Positions 37,246 through 49,130 of a stretch of 64,000 nucleotides of DNA are shown here, one piece after another. Numbering within the stretch: the stretch's first letter is position 1; each line of letters begins with the position of its first letter. Source of the DNA: Macrostomum hystrix (taxonomy: Eukaryota; Animalia; Platyhelminthes); the NCBI GenBank assembly GCA_950097015.1, contig CATNEN010000034.1, forward strand, positions 5,270,001-5,334,000. Reading direction: 5' to 3'. Position numbers and translations under genes: made by a program. The notes beneath the pieces are model-generated. The model searched no databases. It was not told the DNA's origin and worked only from the letters and a program-made list of their open reading frames with translations.

Positions 37246-40200
37246 ATGGACTATCGCTCGGCGCTTACCGGGGTAGTTCTGGGCCTCATCTCGCTGGGCA
37301 CTGTATTCGGCAACTGCCTAGTACTACTGGCTGTGGCTCTGCACCGCAGCTTACGCTCAACCACTGGCGTTTTTGTATCGAACCTCGCCGCAGCCGACCT
37401 GCTGCTTGGCGCGTGCGTGCTGCCGCTCAGCTCGGCACTGGAGGTCACCGGCGGCTGCTGGCTCTTTGGCGCCATCCTCTGCGACGTCTGGGCCTCTGTC
37501 GATGTGCTCTGCTGCACCGCCAGCATCATGTCACTGTGCGTCATCTCCATGGAGCGGTACATCGGCGTGACGCGGCCGCTGCAGCACGCCAGCATCCTGA
37601 CGCATCGTAGAGCAGTGATTGTTGTCCTGTTCGTTTGGCTGCTTTCACTCTTGGTCTCCGTGGGCCCGCTGATCGGTTGGCGTAAGCCACGAAATGGCAC
37701 CGAAGATCCCTATAAGTGTGAGGTGTCGGACAACACGGCCTACATCGCCTTCTCAGTGATGTTCTCCTTTTACTTGCCGCTTGGCGTCATTATCTTCTTC
37801 TACATCCGGGTCTATCAGGAGGCCGTCAAGCAGACCCGCTTTCTGGCTTCCGGTGTCAAGACGGCTCGAACGGCCGGCGGCGCGAACTCTTCCGGACCAT
37901 TCATTCAGCGACATCCGGCTACGTCGGCGGAGGCGCCAGAAGCGCGCTGCTCGTCGACAGTAGTGCTTCGGGTACATAGGGGCGGTGGCAGCAACGCGGC
38001 AGCAAACTCTAAGCTGCCCCGGCTGCAGGTGACTGGTAAGTTGGTTTTCCTTTGAATTTTTTGTGTATCTGAAATTGCTGTCAATTTTCCTTTGCTTTTT
38101 TTCGAAATTGCAGTTTAAACTCCTTCTAATCAAAAGTTCTAAGCATATTTAAATAGATAATTCAGCTCAGACTTAAGTCCGTGCTGGCTCCCAGTTGCTT
38201 TCGAATTGGGGTTTAAATGTATTATTTGTTGAGAAACGGCAGGTGACTTCCTTGCTTTACAATGGATTGCGCTTCTGTCGGTTAAAAATGTCTGGAAAGA
38301 AAAAAAACTACAAGTAAAATATGCGAAACTTTTTTTGAAATAGCAACTGAGTAACCCACTTTTGAGCTAGCGCTGAACATCACTTGAGAACAAAATTGTA
38401 CTGTTTGTATTTGTGGTGTGAGCAGGTGTCCCCACTTTCTCGTTGACGTTGTAAACGCAACAGAGCTATGAGCAAGTTGTACTTCAGTGAGAGCTGTGCC
38501 AAGTTGTTACGTACGAGAAAAGCGTTGGAGAAAGTACTAGCAAATGCCTTTAACCGTCGATTCTACGAGTATTATAGGCTGTAAGCCTACCCCGGCGTTC
38601 GTGTTTTGATTCCGAGAGCCTCAACATGTCAAAAATTGTATCGACAATAAGCATATCAAACAAGTTATTAAGGACCACTAGTAGTGGTCTTGGCTTAGTC
38701 TACTTCTGGTGATCCTTGTTTTAAATACCTAACCGCGCACATTTTGAAGACGAAGACTGGTCAATGTTATGACAGTATCTGTCAACAAGCGGTCTGAAAT
38801 GTTGTGCTTAGGCTGTAGTTACAGGATTCAGAAGACAACATAGTATAGCCAACTATTGAATAGTTTTCACAATTCTATCACTGCTGAGGTGAGTGCATAG
38901 ATGCGTCCGAATTTCATTAGCCAAGCCCGATCGTGCCATGGCCCTTAATCTTGTAGCGATGCTGCATGGCCTGACTTAATGACGCAGAACTGCGAGCAAA
39001 AAAGGAATGTAAATATTGGATTTCATCGACTCGAGAATGCGCGAGTTATATGATGCGGCGACTGTGTTGCCGCCTGGCGTGATTGTTGCTGTCTGCCTCC
39101 TCATCCGTGGCCAGGCAGGCATTAATTGATAACTCTAGACTTCCGCTGTTAATTTATCATCTTTCTTCTCGTATCGTCATGCTGGCACTGATTAGAGGAA
39201 GCAAACAAGATTCACTTTGGAGACACACCTTTGCGTGCCAGCCTCTTTGAAATGATAAAAGAATCCTTTATCTGACGCTGGCTGCAACTGCACAAGAAAA
39301 ACAAGTCTGTTTTGTATCGCTGTTGCTGCTGAAATAAAGCAGGCACACCCTTCCTATTCGATCATCTCTTATACACTGCAAGTAGTTCAGTAACACCGCA
39401 TTGCGAAAGGAAGGGGAGAGAAATCTAAGTGGTGAAAAATGCAAAATCTGCTTCCCAGTGACTCCTCATCGGGCCCTCGGCTGCTATGTAACATCAGCCC
39501 GTCTGTTACATGTTACACTAGAACATAATAAATGCGTGACCGCATAAGCATGAGACAAGACAAGAAGGAATGCCACTGTGTATATTACAAAGCTTCCAGT
39601 GTATGGCCAGATAAAAATTCATTGTACTGGCAAAATTGACAAGTAGCGTAAAATTTCTGGCTTCCTTTTACTTGCAGTTTTTTTCGTCTTCTTCTAAGAT
39701 TGGACAAAATGTCATGGCCAAAACTACATTTATTTCATTCTAACATGTTTAGAAACTGAATTCGCTCAGCCACAAGGCAGAAAACTTGTGGTCGAGCGCA
39801 CCACAGTTAGGAATTTGCTATATAAAATCGAACAAAGGGAAATGGAAGTGGAAAGGCGTACTCAAGTGCTGTGAGCTGCATCGGCTCATCCAAAGGCTTT
39901 TTTCATTGGGAAGTGTTGTTTAACATTTTTTTAAGTTTCTTTTTTTTAAGAGAGAGAGTTCTTAATTCTTCATCTCATTGTAGCCAGGTTCTATCACGGT
40001 TTACCCATTGGCTATGCCGATTTGATTGCCCTGGAAAGCAGAGAGAGTGTGAGAGAGAAAGAATAAGTCGCCCAGGCTTCGCTTTAACGGAAGCTGCAGA
40101 AGTCTATTTGCGCATGACTGAGCTAAAGCAAAGCTTCTAGTCCTGTTTGGCCCTCGCATGGCTGGCTTAGTTGTCGTCTATCGAAGAAATCGCGGCTGCT

Positions 40201-43200
40201 GGCACAACCTTTCCAAAATCGGCATCCCACGCGGTATACTAATGCTCGTAATCCCATTGCGGTGGGGTGGCGACTCGGTGGGACCAGGCCGCACAAACAC
40301 ACGACCTAACCAGGCGGCTAAGTCAAATAATAAGAATTGCCGCGCCTTAACACCGACAGTGCCACCGACCAATTTCGCTGCCCGCTTATACGTCCCCAAG
40401 CGGCTGATTAGGAGAAGCTGCGGGGTTAACTTATTTTTCATCCATGACCTGTGGCTGCTAGTTGTAATTAAACGTCTAGCTGTAATGCAGATTGGAAATT
40501 TAAAGACTGCCACTCTTCGTTTAAAGAAAATTGCCTAAAGTGCAATTTGACATGGATATGATTACATGGATATTGGCGTGAGTACATGCGCATACATAGT
40601 ACACAGACTCTGCTATCGAATGTGTCCTCATCAAGATGCTTTGAGCGTTCGCCAACACACAATGCCTCACAATTGTTCTCATTTGCTTGCATGGTCTTAT
40701 TAAATTGCATTTGAGATGAGATCGTACCCTCGTTCGACTATAATAATCGCTACTCCGGTAAATAAACGGCTCGTACGAGTATAATAGACAATAATAGTTC
40801 ACTAAATACGATTTCGTTCGCTTTTTTGCCTGCGTCACCTGCAGTTGTCTGCAACATCACTTCCTTTATTTAGCCTGTTTACTCAGGCTGCAACTCTGAC
40901 GTAGCAACCAGCTGTCTGACAGTGTGTCAGAGAGTAATTATCCCCATTCTAAGCGAAAGCGATGCATCGGACGTATGAATACTATAAGCAAATAAGTACA
41001 CATAAGACTTTGAGTCTGCAATTCTGGAAGCGCAAATAGCTTTTGAATAAAATTTAGTGATTATATTTTCGGACAGCATTTAGCAATTTTTATGGATATC
41101 AATCTGAATAGAGAGTCATAGGCACAGCGGCCCGCAATACTCGTACATCCCACGGTTGCGGGCTGAACAATAGTATATAGTCAATTTCCGTGATTGCTGC
41201 ATTCCGAAATCATATTCATAATTGAACAGCCTCACTGGCTTCATCTACGTTTACTAAAAACTAAATAGTTCATATTCATAGGTCCATATACCGTGGTGGT
41301 AGTCTTTGGTGTGCCATTCTGTGCAAAGCTTTTAGCAAGCATCAATAGCTATTTATTTCAATAGGTATGCCAAACATACAGAGTGTATTTCACACCAGCT
41401 GCAAAAAATGTGATTGATGGACCAATCGGCCAGGTGGTTCGTACAGAAATTCCGAATTTGTTGGTTTTCGACTCGATACGAGCGCGCAGCGCTCTGGTCT
41501 GAGCCTCGATCAGTTAATGGACAGTCGCCAGTGGCGGATCAGTAGCCCTATTTTCTTCGAACCGAGTGCTTGAACTAATAAACATTTGAGAATCAATGGT
41601 ACTAACCCGTGCATTTTGGCTGTAATGCTACGCGTCGATAAAGATCATCAATATATAGAGATCGGCTTTCACACAGAGTGCATCGATTTAACTGTGCACT
41701 GCAGTATATCTGTATCCTGCGATCAGGGAGAAGGGGCTTACTGACCTACTGTGCCCTGAGTGCACGTAAATTTAGAGATCAGAATCAGTGGCGATACCTC
41801 TTCCCAATGCACCAAAAGAGGCGGAAGTCAACGAAAGGTATAGTAGCGATACTGTCTACAAAGAAATGAGCTCGACTAAGAGTTCAACTGCCATGGCGTC
41901 TGTCGGCGTGCATAAATTGCATTCTCACAGACCGGGAGGGGGCAGGGAAGTAGTGCATGCCTGCGACATGTCAATTGTGATTTTCGAATCAAACTCAAGT
42001 CAGAGGGCCTTCTCCGCTTTCACCCACAGTGGCGCTTGACGTGTAACTCACGCTCCGGTTTGGCTGGGGTGGGGTCAACTGGCAAGCAGCAAAGCTTGAG
42101 ATTGAAAAAACTGAAGCATAAGGAGACAAACCTGCACGGATTGGGGAAAGATGACCCCTTCGTAGACTCATTGAAGCGACTCGCTTGAATATTATAGAGG
42201 TAGGATTTGCCCAAACATACCGCAGCGTCCTGTCCTATTTGTTTTAATGAGCCAAGCTCAGAGGGAGTGTATACACGAACTGAAGCCGACATGGCAGCAG
42301 CGCTAACTAAAAACAAACACTGCGTGATCTAGCCATTGCTAGCAGGCAGCCGAGTAACACTATGAGCAGACCCGTGCACTTTTGCGAGTTATAGCTATAG
42401 TCGCGGAAGCTTGAGTGCTGTAAATAAAATGAAACACTCGATCTTTCAAACCAATAACTTTCTACCTTTCTTCAGTGAGTCGAAACCATATAGAATATAG
42501 TAATATTAACCAAGTTTTAGTTTTCGATTTTACTTTTCTTGCCAGCGATTTAGGTGTGCCCTTGTTTTGCATCAGCAATCAGCAAAAAAGTACTTCGAAT
42601 AATTTCTCACGCTTTTGACGCTTTTAAATCTATATTGCTGTGTGGTTTATCTATACCTCGCGTGTGTCATTAGATATTCCGGAAAACATAGTTTTAGCGA
42701 GAAAAAAATCCATTACGTCGCAATCCAATTGTTAGAATTACTTCAGAGATATATAAAAACCACACTTTCCCATTTCACCTGCAGCAGCTCAGAGCAAGAA
42801 TGAACAAGGTAAGTATGCTAAACCAAACTACTGGTTCACTTAGTCTGAATCACTTAGTTTTTTCTTATTCATTTATTTACTTTTCTATGTTGTTTCTTAC
42901 TTTCCTACTTATCCTTTACTAATTATTTTATATTGCTCGCAAACCCGGAGTGTTCTAGTATTCACGTTTGTCTAGTGAAAGGAACTAATTTCTTGCTAAA
43001 TTCGCTGTTTTGGGACATTTTATGCATTTTTATTCCATTTTAGTAGACATTTCCAGAGACAGTTTCACAAATTTAACTTCTGTGACCAAAGCAATCGCCA
43101 GTTGTTAATTTATTTTAGTTTTAATTTTACATTTCCACTGGACGGATGTGCGCATTTCCATTCAAAATACGTGTCAGCTCCACAAGTTTAGCTGAGCTTT

Positions 43201-46200
43201 ACTCATCTCCTGCAGTGGCCTTGATTAGCGTTGCTAGAGAAATCTTTGCCCCCCGGCCCTGACTTATTTTATAAGGATATGAGTTGGAAAGAGCTTTAAA
43301 AAGTTGGCGACTAGCCGGATTTCAGAAGAATTCGTTCCTTCTTCTTTCACTCGGTTCACCAGTTGCCGCTTAAGAAGGACGCGGAGATAGGGGAAGTAAA
43401 TGAACAGCGGGAGTGCACTTTCGATGGGGCCCATAAAAATCCCAAGTCTCAAATCCATCTCCTGACACGATAACAGCGCGCCAGGGATCAAGCAGAAGAC
43501 AGAGAAAAAACTGCACAGCGGTAGAGAAATTCTGACATCTCTTGAAGTTTACACGTCGAGGTAGATTTTTTACAAACCCGACTGAAATTCGGGCAACTCC
43601 TCGCTGAGCCAACTTGATGGAGCTGTGATGGAAAACCCTGTCAGATTTTAAGCCTGGGGGTGGTTTCGGTCGGGGGCGGAGTTATGAAAGAAAAGTCCTG
43701 GCTTCGTAAAGTTCATTAGATTTTAGACACTTTCCATCCGTATGCATGCATTTTAGTGAGATCTTTATATAAGAGAAGCCTTTTTGCTGTTTTATATAAA
43801 AAAGACATCAAGAAATGACTGTAGCTCTAGCGCAAACTGTGTATACTTAGCTTTATTTGAACCTTTTTGTAAATCACTCATACAGTTCTCATCTTTAGCG
43901 AGCTAAAGACCAGTGTCTTTGTGCCTCTGTGATGTTGGTTGTACCATCATGTTAGCATTAGTGCCCAAAAAATAACACTGACGCACTTTGTTGTGAATTC
44001 TTATCTATACGCTTCTTATGGCCATCCCTGTGTTACACTATAAGTGCATCTATGAATATTTGCTTTGTCCAGCCGCTAATATAGTGCACGATATTTGCGA
44101 ACGTCCAGCAAATCCGTCTAGATAAAGGTAGGTGATCACCGAAGACAGAGATGATGCAGGCACATTCGAGTGACATGCTGATAAATTTTGAAGGCCTGGC
44201 AAGGCCGCACTGAGGCGCAGTGCTAATTCGTGTGCAGGGTGTATCAAATACACTAGCGCTTACTGGAAAAATCTGACTTTCGGCCAGAAACATTGAATAT
44301 CTGGACGGTCTGAAAAACTGGCAACTTGATTCTTATTTCAGAAAATTGGCAAAAAAGTTGGCCCGTGCTCTTGAGTTTCGTGTGCTTGCGTTGCTCCATT
44401 CGGGTGTAGCACAAAAATAGTCAGGGGGAAATCCCCATTGGTAGTTCGACTGTTAATATGAGAAAACATGAGATATATTATTACAGCGAGATATTGAAAA
44501 CGTAATTATTATATTTCTGCGATTAGCTAATGACTAATTAAGTTAGACAATATCCTAATACTATTTCACGATTCCGTAAATGGGCTTAAAAGGATTTAGA
44601 AAGAAAGTTATAATTCATGCAGTGAGTCGCAGCTGCAAATTTACCGCTTCAATTAAAATTTGCCTTCTTTGGCAGGCCGTAGTGAGAATTCTATACACAG
44701 CTATTTATGGTAGGCACGAATAAACAGCATTCTGACGGCTGACCACATGGCTAGACATCGACAAGGGAACCACATTCTTATCTTGATGAATTAGGAAAGT
44801 GCATTCTCTCAATGAGGTGTCAATCAGCAGGTGATAATGCGATAGTGCCATCACTAGCTGCCTGTTAGTTCCAGTTCAACTTCTGCCAAATCCATCGGCT
44901 CCTGTTTGTCCAAGTTCTTTGAATTAGTGCAACTCGCTTTTTTGCACTCGTCCTGTTTTTCTGTCCTGATTTCGCAGCCAAAATATAGAGAAAAAGAACT
45001 ATTTGGCGCTCAGAGAATTCGTCTAATTAGCCTCGGTGTTCGTTAATTACTCGTAGAACCCTAGTGATCTCAATCTCTAGAGCTGGTCATGATTAAAAAC
45101 TACACTGGCGTTAAAAGAAAAAGTGACAGCGTGGAACAATTATTGCTAAAGATAAAAGGAATCAAAAGTGATATTACTCAAAAAATTTATTCGCCCCTAA
45201 ACTTTAGGTATTCCTAGGGGAAGATTTTAAGATGCAACAACTTTGTCAAAATGTACGGGTTAAATTTATAGTGTTTACGAGGCTCCAGTAGATGGAGAGA
45301 TTAAGATCTCTGCTGACTATATTATGTGACCCTGATTAATATTTAAATTTTATACCTCCAATAAGAAGCTGACCTTGTTCATTTTGTATTTTTTAGCTCT
45401 TAGTATAGGGGGCACGTCCCTGTGGAATGAGGTCTTCTGGCCCTTAGAGACAGAAAATACTTCATAAAAGTATGACTCACAGGGCTTAAGACATGGTAAT
45501 TGAATTTTGAATTCATTATTCAGGCTTCTATTGTACCTTACTAAAAAACGATTAAAAATGCACAGTGACTTTGTTTTTAAGCTTGTTTTGCAGTCTACGG
45601 ACCCATACGAAAAACACAAAACAGCTGATTTATCTAAGGCCTGCGAATGTGACTGCGAGATAACACCTGCTGCATCTGGGAGGTGTCTGCTCACTGCTCA
45701 ACTGATTTTTTCTCAGACAGTCCTCAGAACTAGCCCATCTATTTGTGTTTTTTGTTTTGCTTTCAGTCGTAATTAATCTATGAGAATGTTAAGCCTCTTT
45801 TAAATAACAATGGGTTCTCCTATGTTTTCACGCAATTGCCTTCAATGTAGTTTGCGGCTCAAGTAATCAACAAAGTAAGGTAAGAGGACTTAAATCGGAA
45901 GAGCGGTTCATGAGTCTTACCTGTCGCAATAATTTCCTCAGCTCGAATCCACGGCGAGGCCACAGTAAAAACCTCATGGCACAATGAAAGAGTTCAGGGC
46001 AGGCTGTACAACCTTGTTTGAATGAGGAGTCAACGGAGTTCCTCTCTGGTTGCGGCAAATATTCTAAAAGGTCAAAACTCAAGCTTTGAAAGTGCTTCAT
46101 TTGCCCATGAAGTTTTTTGGCAGGTGGTCTATTAGGGGAAAACGATGTCGTTTGTGACCCCCGAAACAAGAAAAGTATTTCTAGCAATCAGGTCGCTTTT

Positions 46201-47349
46201 GCTTTCAATTTCCAGGTAAACTAGCCAGGTTCAAGCGCGAGAAGAAGGCCGCCAAAACGCTGGGCATTGTGGTTGGCGTTTTCATCCTGTGCTGGCTGCC
46301 GTTCTTCTTTATCTACCCGTTCAGTGAGCAGCTCGCAATGACTGACTGGTGGTTCATAAATCTTTATTCGCAGGAGGGCTGTGATTACAGAATGCCATTT
46401 GTTGGTGACCCAGAGATAGCTAGGCTCCATGAAGCGTGCACCACGCACCACACATGTGTATTAAGCTCGTATGATGCCCCTAATGTCTTAACTTCGAGTT
46501 TCAGAAGCGTTTACACAGAAATTACAAGTGGATTTAACACATGAATATTTAATGTCATCACAACCAGGCCTCACATTAATTTAGAGTGCAGCCGCGGAGA
46601 CCAGTCTTGTCGTGCAACTAACGCCCTTGAAGGCCAGCCCTACCCCCCAAGGCACAAGGAGAGTGTACACTGCCTGACGATGAGAAAGTGAGGGCAGATG
46701 TACACACCTGTGTGTACACACCTGAGCGTGTGCCTGCGCAGTCCGTTGAATGGGCAGAACTGCCTCTCTCTGTCAAATGATTGTGCTAGTGCCTACAGCC
46801 CGTCCTGCGAATATTGTTAACATGAAAGCGATAGAATTTATTTTTATCGCACACGGCAGCACACAGCCAATCGCTCACGAATTTTTTGCAGCGACCATTG
46901 TGTGCCGAGGGTGCAAGCTTCCAGACCTGGTCTTCAAGGTGGCCTTCTGGCTGGGCTATTGCAATTCGTTGTGCAATCCGGTCATCTACGCCTGCTGGAA
47001 TCGAGAATTCAAGCGCGCCTTCGGCCGCATCCTAGCATGCCGTCTTGGCAACCGCGGACGGAATCGACACAGCGGCTGGCAGGAGAAACAGAAGGCCATG
47101 AGCGACTCGTTCCAGTCCAACAACTGCCACACTGTGCGAGTCAGCGGCAACAGCTGTGTCACCGGCGGCGCAGGCTGCGACATTGAACTGGAAGTCGGCT
47201 TCTATAGCGGTGTCGGCGGGCCGGACACTTCCTATTTTCCCAAGTGCTCCCTCTGTCCTAGCAGCCGGCCCCATAGTCCGCTGATGGGGCTGAGAAGATT
47301 GCGAGTCAAGTCGGCGGCTGCGGCAAGTGCGGCGACCATCGATTTATAG
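37246..47349 (+). CDS. ADRA1: Aminergic GPCR, alpha1-adrenergic-like, about 451 aa from first ATG (N-terminus may extend upstream)
   Basis: Exons 37246-38035, 46216-46323, 46892-47349, phase-1 GT-AG introns. TM3 [29 protein letters not shown]4 [11 protein letters not shown]5 [12 protein letters not shown]6 [26 protein letters not shown]7 [15 protein letters not shown], helix 8 REFKRAF. Confidence 0.88.
46588..46770 (+). mobile_element. 5'-truncated SINE family A fragment in GPCR intron 2
   Basis: Contains gtgtacactgcctgacgatgagaaagtgagggcagatgtacacacc. Confidence 0.75.
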
Positions 47350-48121
47350 GTATATAGGTATAGGTATATATATTTTTAACTATACTTTAAATGCCATTGT
47401 TCCGCTCCGAGCGTATAAGTTTAAAGATTAATTGTAAATTTTGTTAAATAAAGTTTTCTGAGATGCCAGTTCTAATTTAGTTCTCTTTATTGATCGCTTT
47501 ATTAATCTGAAAGGCCAACAGAAAATCGGTAGAAAGCTTAAAATACTGCAGCATTGGCCAGTCGAATGTTCATGAGATTCTGCAGCAACAACTTTTCGAG
47601 AGTTTTGATGCAGAAAGTTTATCAAGACCCAGAAATTCAATCAAGATCCAGATCCAGTTTCAGATCCAGATCCAAACTCACCGCTGCGAATAATACGAGC
47701 GTAGTTATCGAATGGATCTACCGCCATCATTAAGTGTGACGTCATAGATATAGATATTATATCGATCGCATGCTGAACAAATTGGTGAAGCATTTTAAAT
47801 TGCTGGATAATTTAGACAAACGCTAGGCGTCTTCTACGTTTTCATCGTTCGGAGTACTGTAAGATAAATAGCTGATCTTGAAGAGATTTCATACAGCACT
47901 ATTTCCGCTTTGCATAGCTACTAACTGAAATTTGATGCTTCTTAAAAGAAATTGCTTAACAGTGTATCTGCAAGGAGCAGTTATATAAAAAATAGGCGAA
48001 TGTGTCCATTTAAACAGTGGAATATTGTATTTCTCCGGCAAGATATTTCTATTGCGTGTACATATTATAGACGCCTGGACATTATTAAAAATATACGGGT
48101 ACATTTTGCACACTTGAAAAT

Positions 48122-48730
48122 CAAGGACCACTATAAGAAAGGACGGGACACTTCGTTTCCTGGAAAATGTATTAATTAAATACTGATTTTCACGGAAAAT
48201 GCACTAGCGATTCATATTTAAGTTTTCAGAACTTTTATAAGAAGCAGATAAAAAGCCGTGCTGTTTATATATCTGGCAAAATATGTTGCTTCAACCTATT
48301 TTAGAAAGCTTCATTCATGAATAATTTATCCTCATTTCATTTTTTGTTTATTTATCATGAAGCACAATGGCAACCAATCAGACATAAAATTAGCTTGGCC
48401 TACACATGTTTTTTAGAAAAATCTTAAGTAATTCTCGTAATACACTTACTTATACTTGATTAAAGAGAGACTGTAAAATATAGTTAGTCACTATAGATAG
48501 CTTTTGACTGGCTTATTGTGATATGATAAATATTGACGAAAATAAAATAAATATCAATTATTCATAAATGAAGCTTTCTAAAATTCGTTGAAGCGACAAG
48601 TAAATTAAAAACTTCCTATCTCGCTAGTGCATTTTTTCCGTGAAAATAAGCAAAATTCCTACATTTTCCAAAAAATAAAACATTTTTCTAGAAACGAAGT
48701 GTCCCGTCCTTTTTCTTCTTGTGGTCCTTG
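48122..48730. mobile_element. Old, degenerate foldback/MITE-like element
   Basis: Arms at about 48122-48330 and 48550-48730 share collinear inverted blocks (caaggaccac, ggacgggacacttcgtttc, ttttcacggaaaa, tgcactagcga, ttttagaaagcttcatt). No clear TSD. Confidence 0.75.
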
Positions 48731-49130
48731 TTGCAAATACAGTAAGCATGGTGCTTGCTTTATAAAGTTCTCGCATTATTAGTGTGGATAAATAATAATT
48801 GACACGAAAAGTCTAACTAAACTTAATATCGGTAATACACAAGAGAAAAGATCCGCAGACTTAAAAATGAAGATAAGTACGAAACGCCTTAAACTACCAA
48901 GGCTTCAATGAAGGCGTACAATGAAACAAGAAAGTTGAAAGAGAATTTAGGTTAGCACAAACGACGATTTGAAAAAAGCTAATAAGAAATAAAGAAAAAG
49001 AAAAATTCTGAACAGTGTCTCCCAGAGTTAAAATGATTTCTTGTTCATCGGTTTTCAAAGAAAAAAAAATAATTTTTTTATTTCGCGGGAATGCTATTCG
49101 ATGGAGTTGAAATTTTAGTTTTTTGGCTTT

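Noticed and set aside
40158-43612. Short ORFs within GPCR intron 1 (40178-40513, 42020-42316, 43264-43491) as a nested gene
   Set aside because: No recognisable domains, and I could not build a phase-consistent exon chain.
46324-46544. Read-through ORF after GPCR exon 2 as the C-terminus
   Set aside because: Lacks TM7; a GTGAG donor and the in-phase TM7 exon at 46892 explain the gene.
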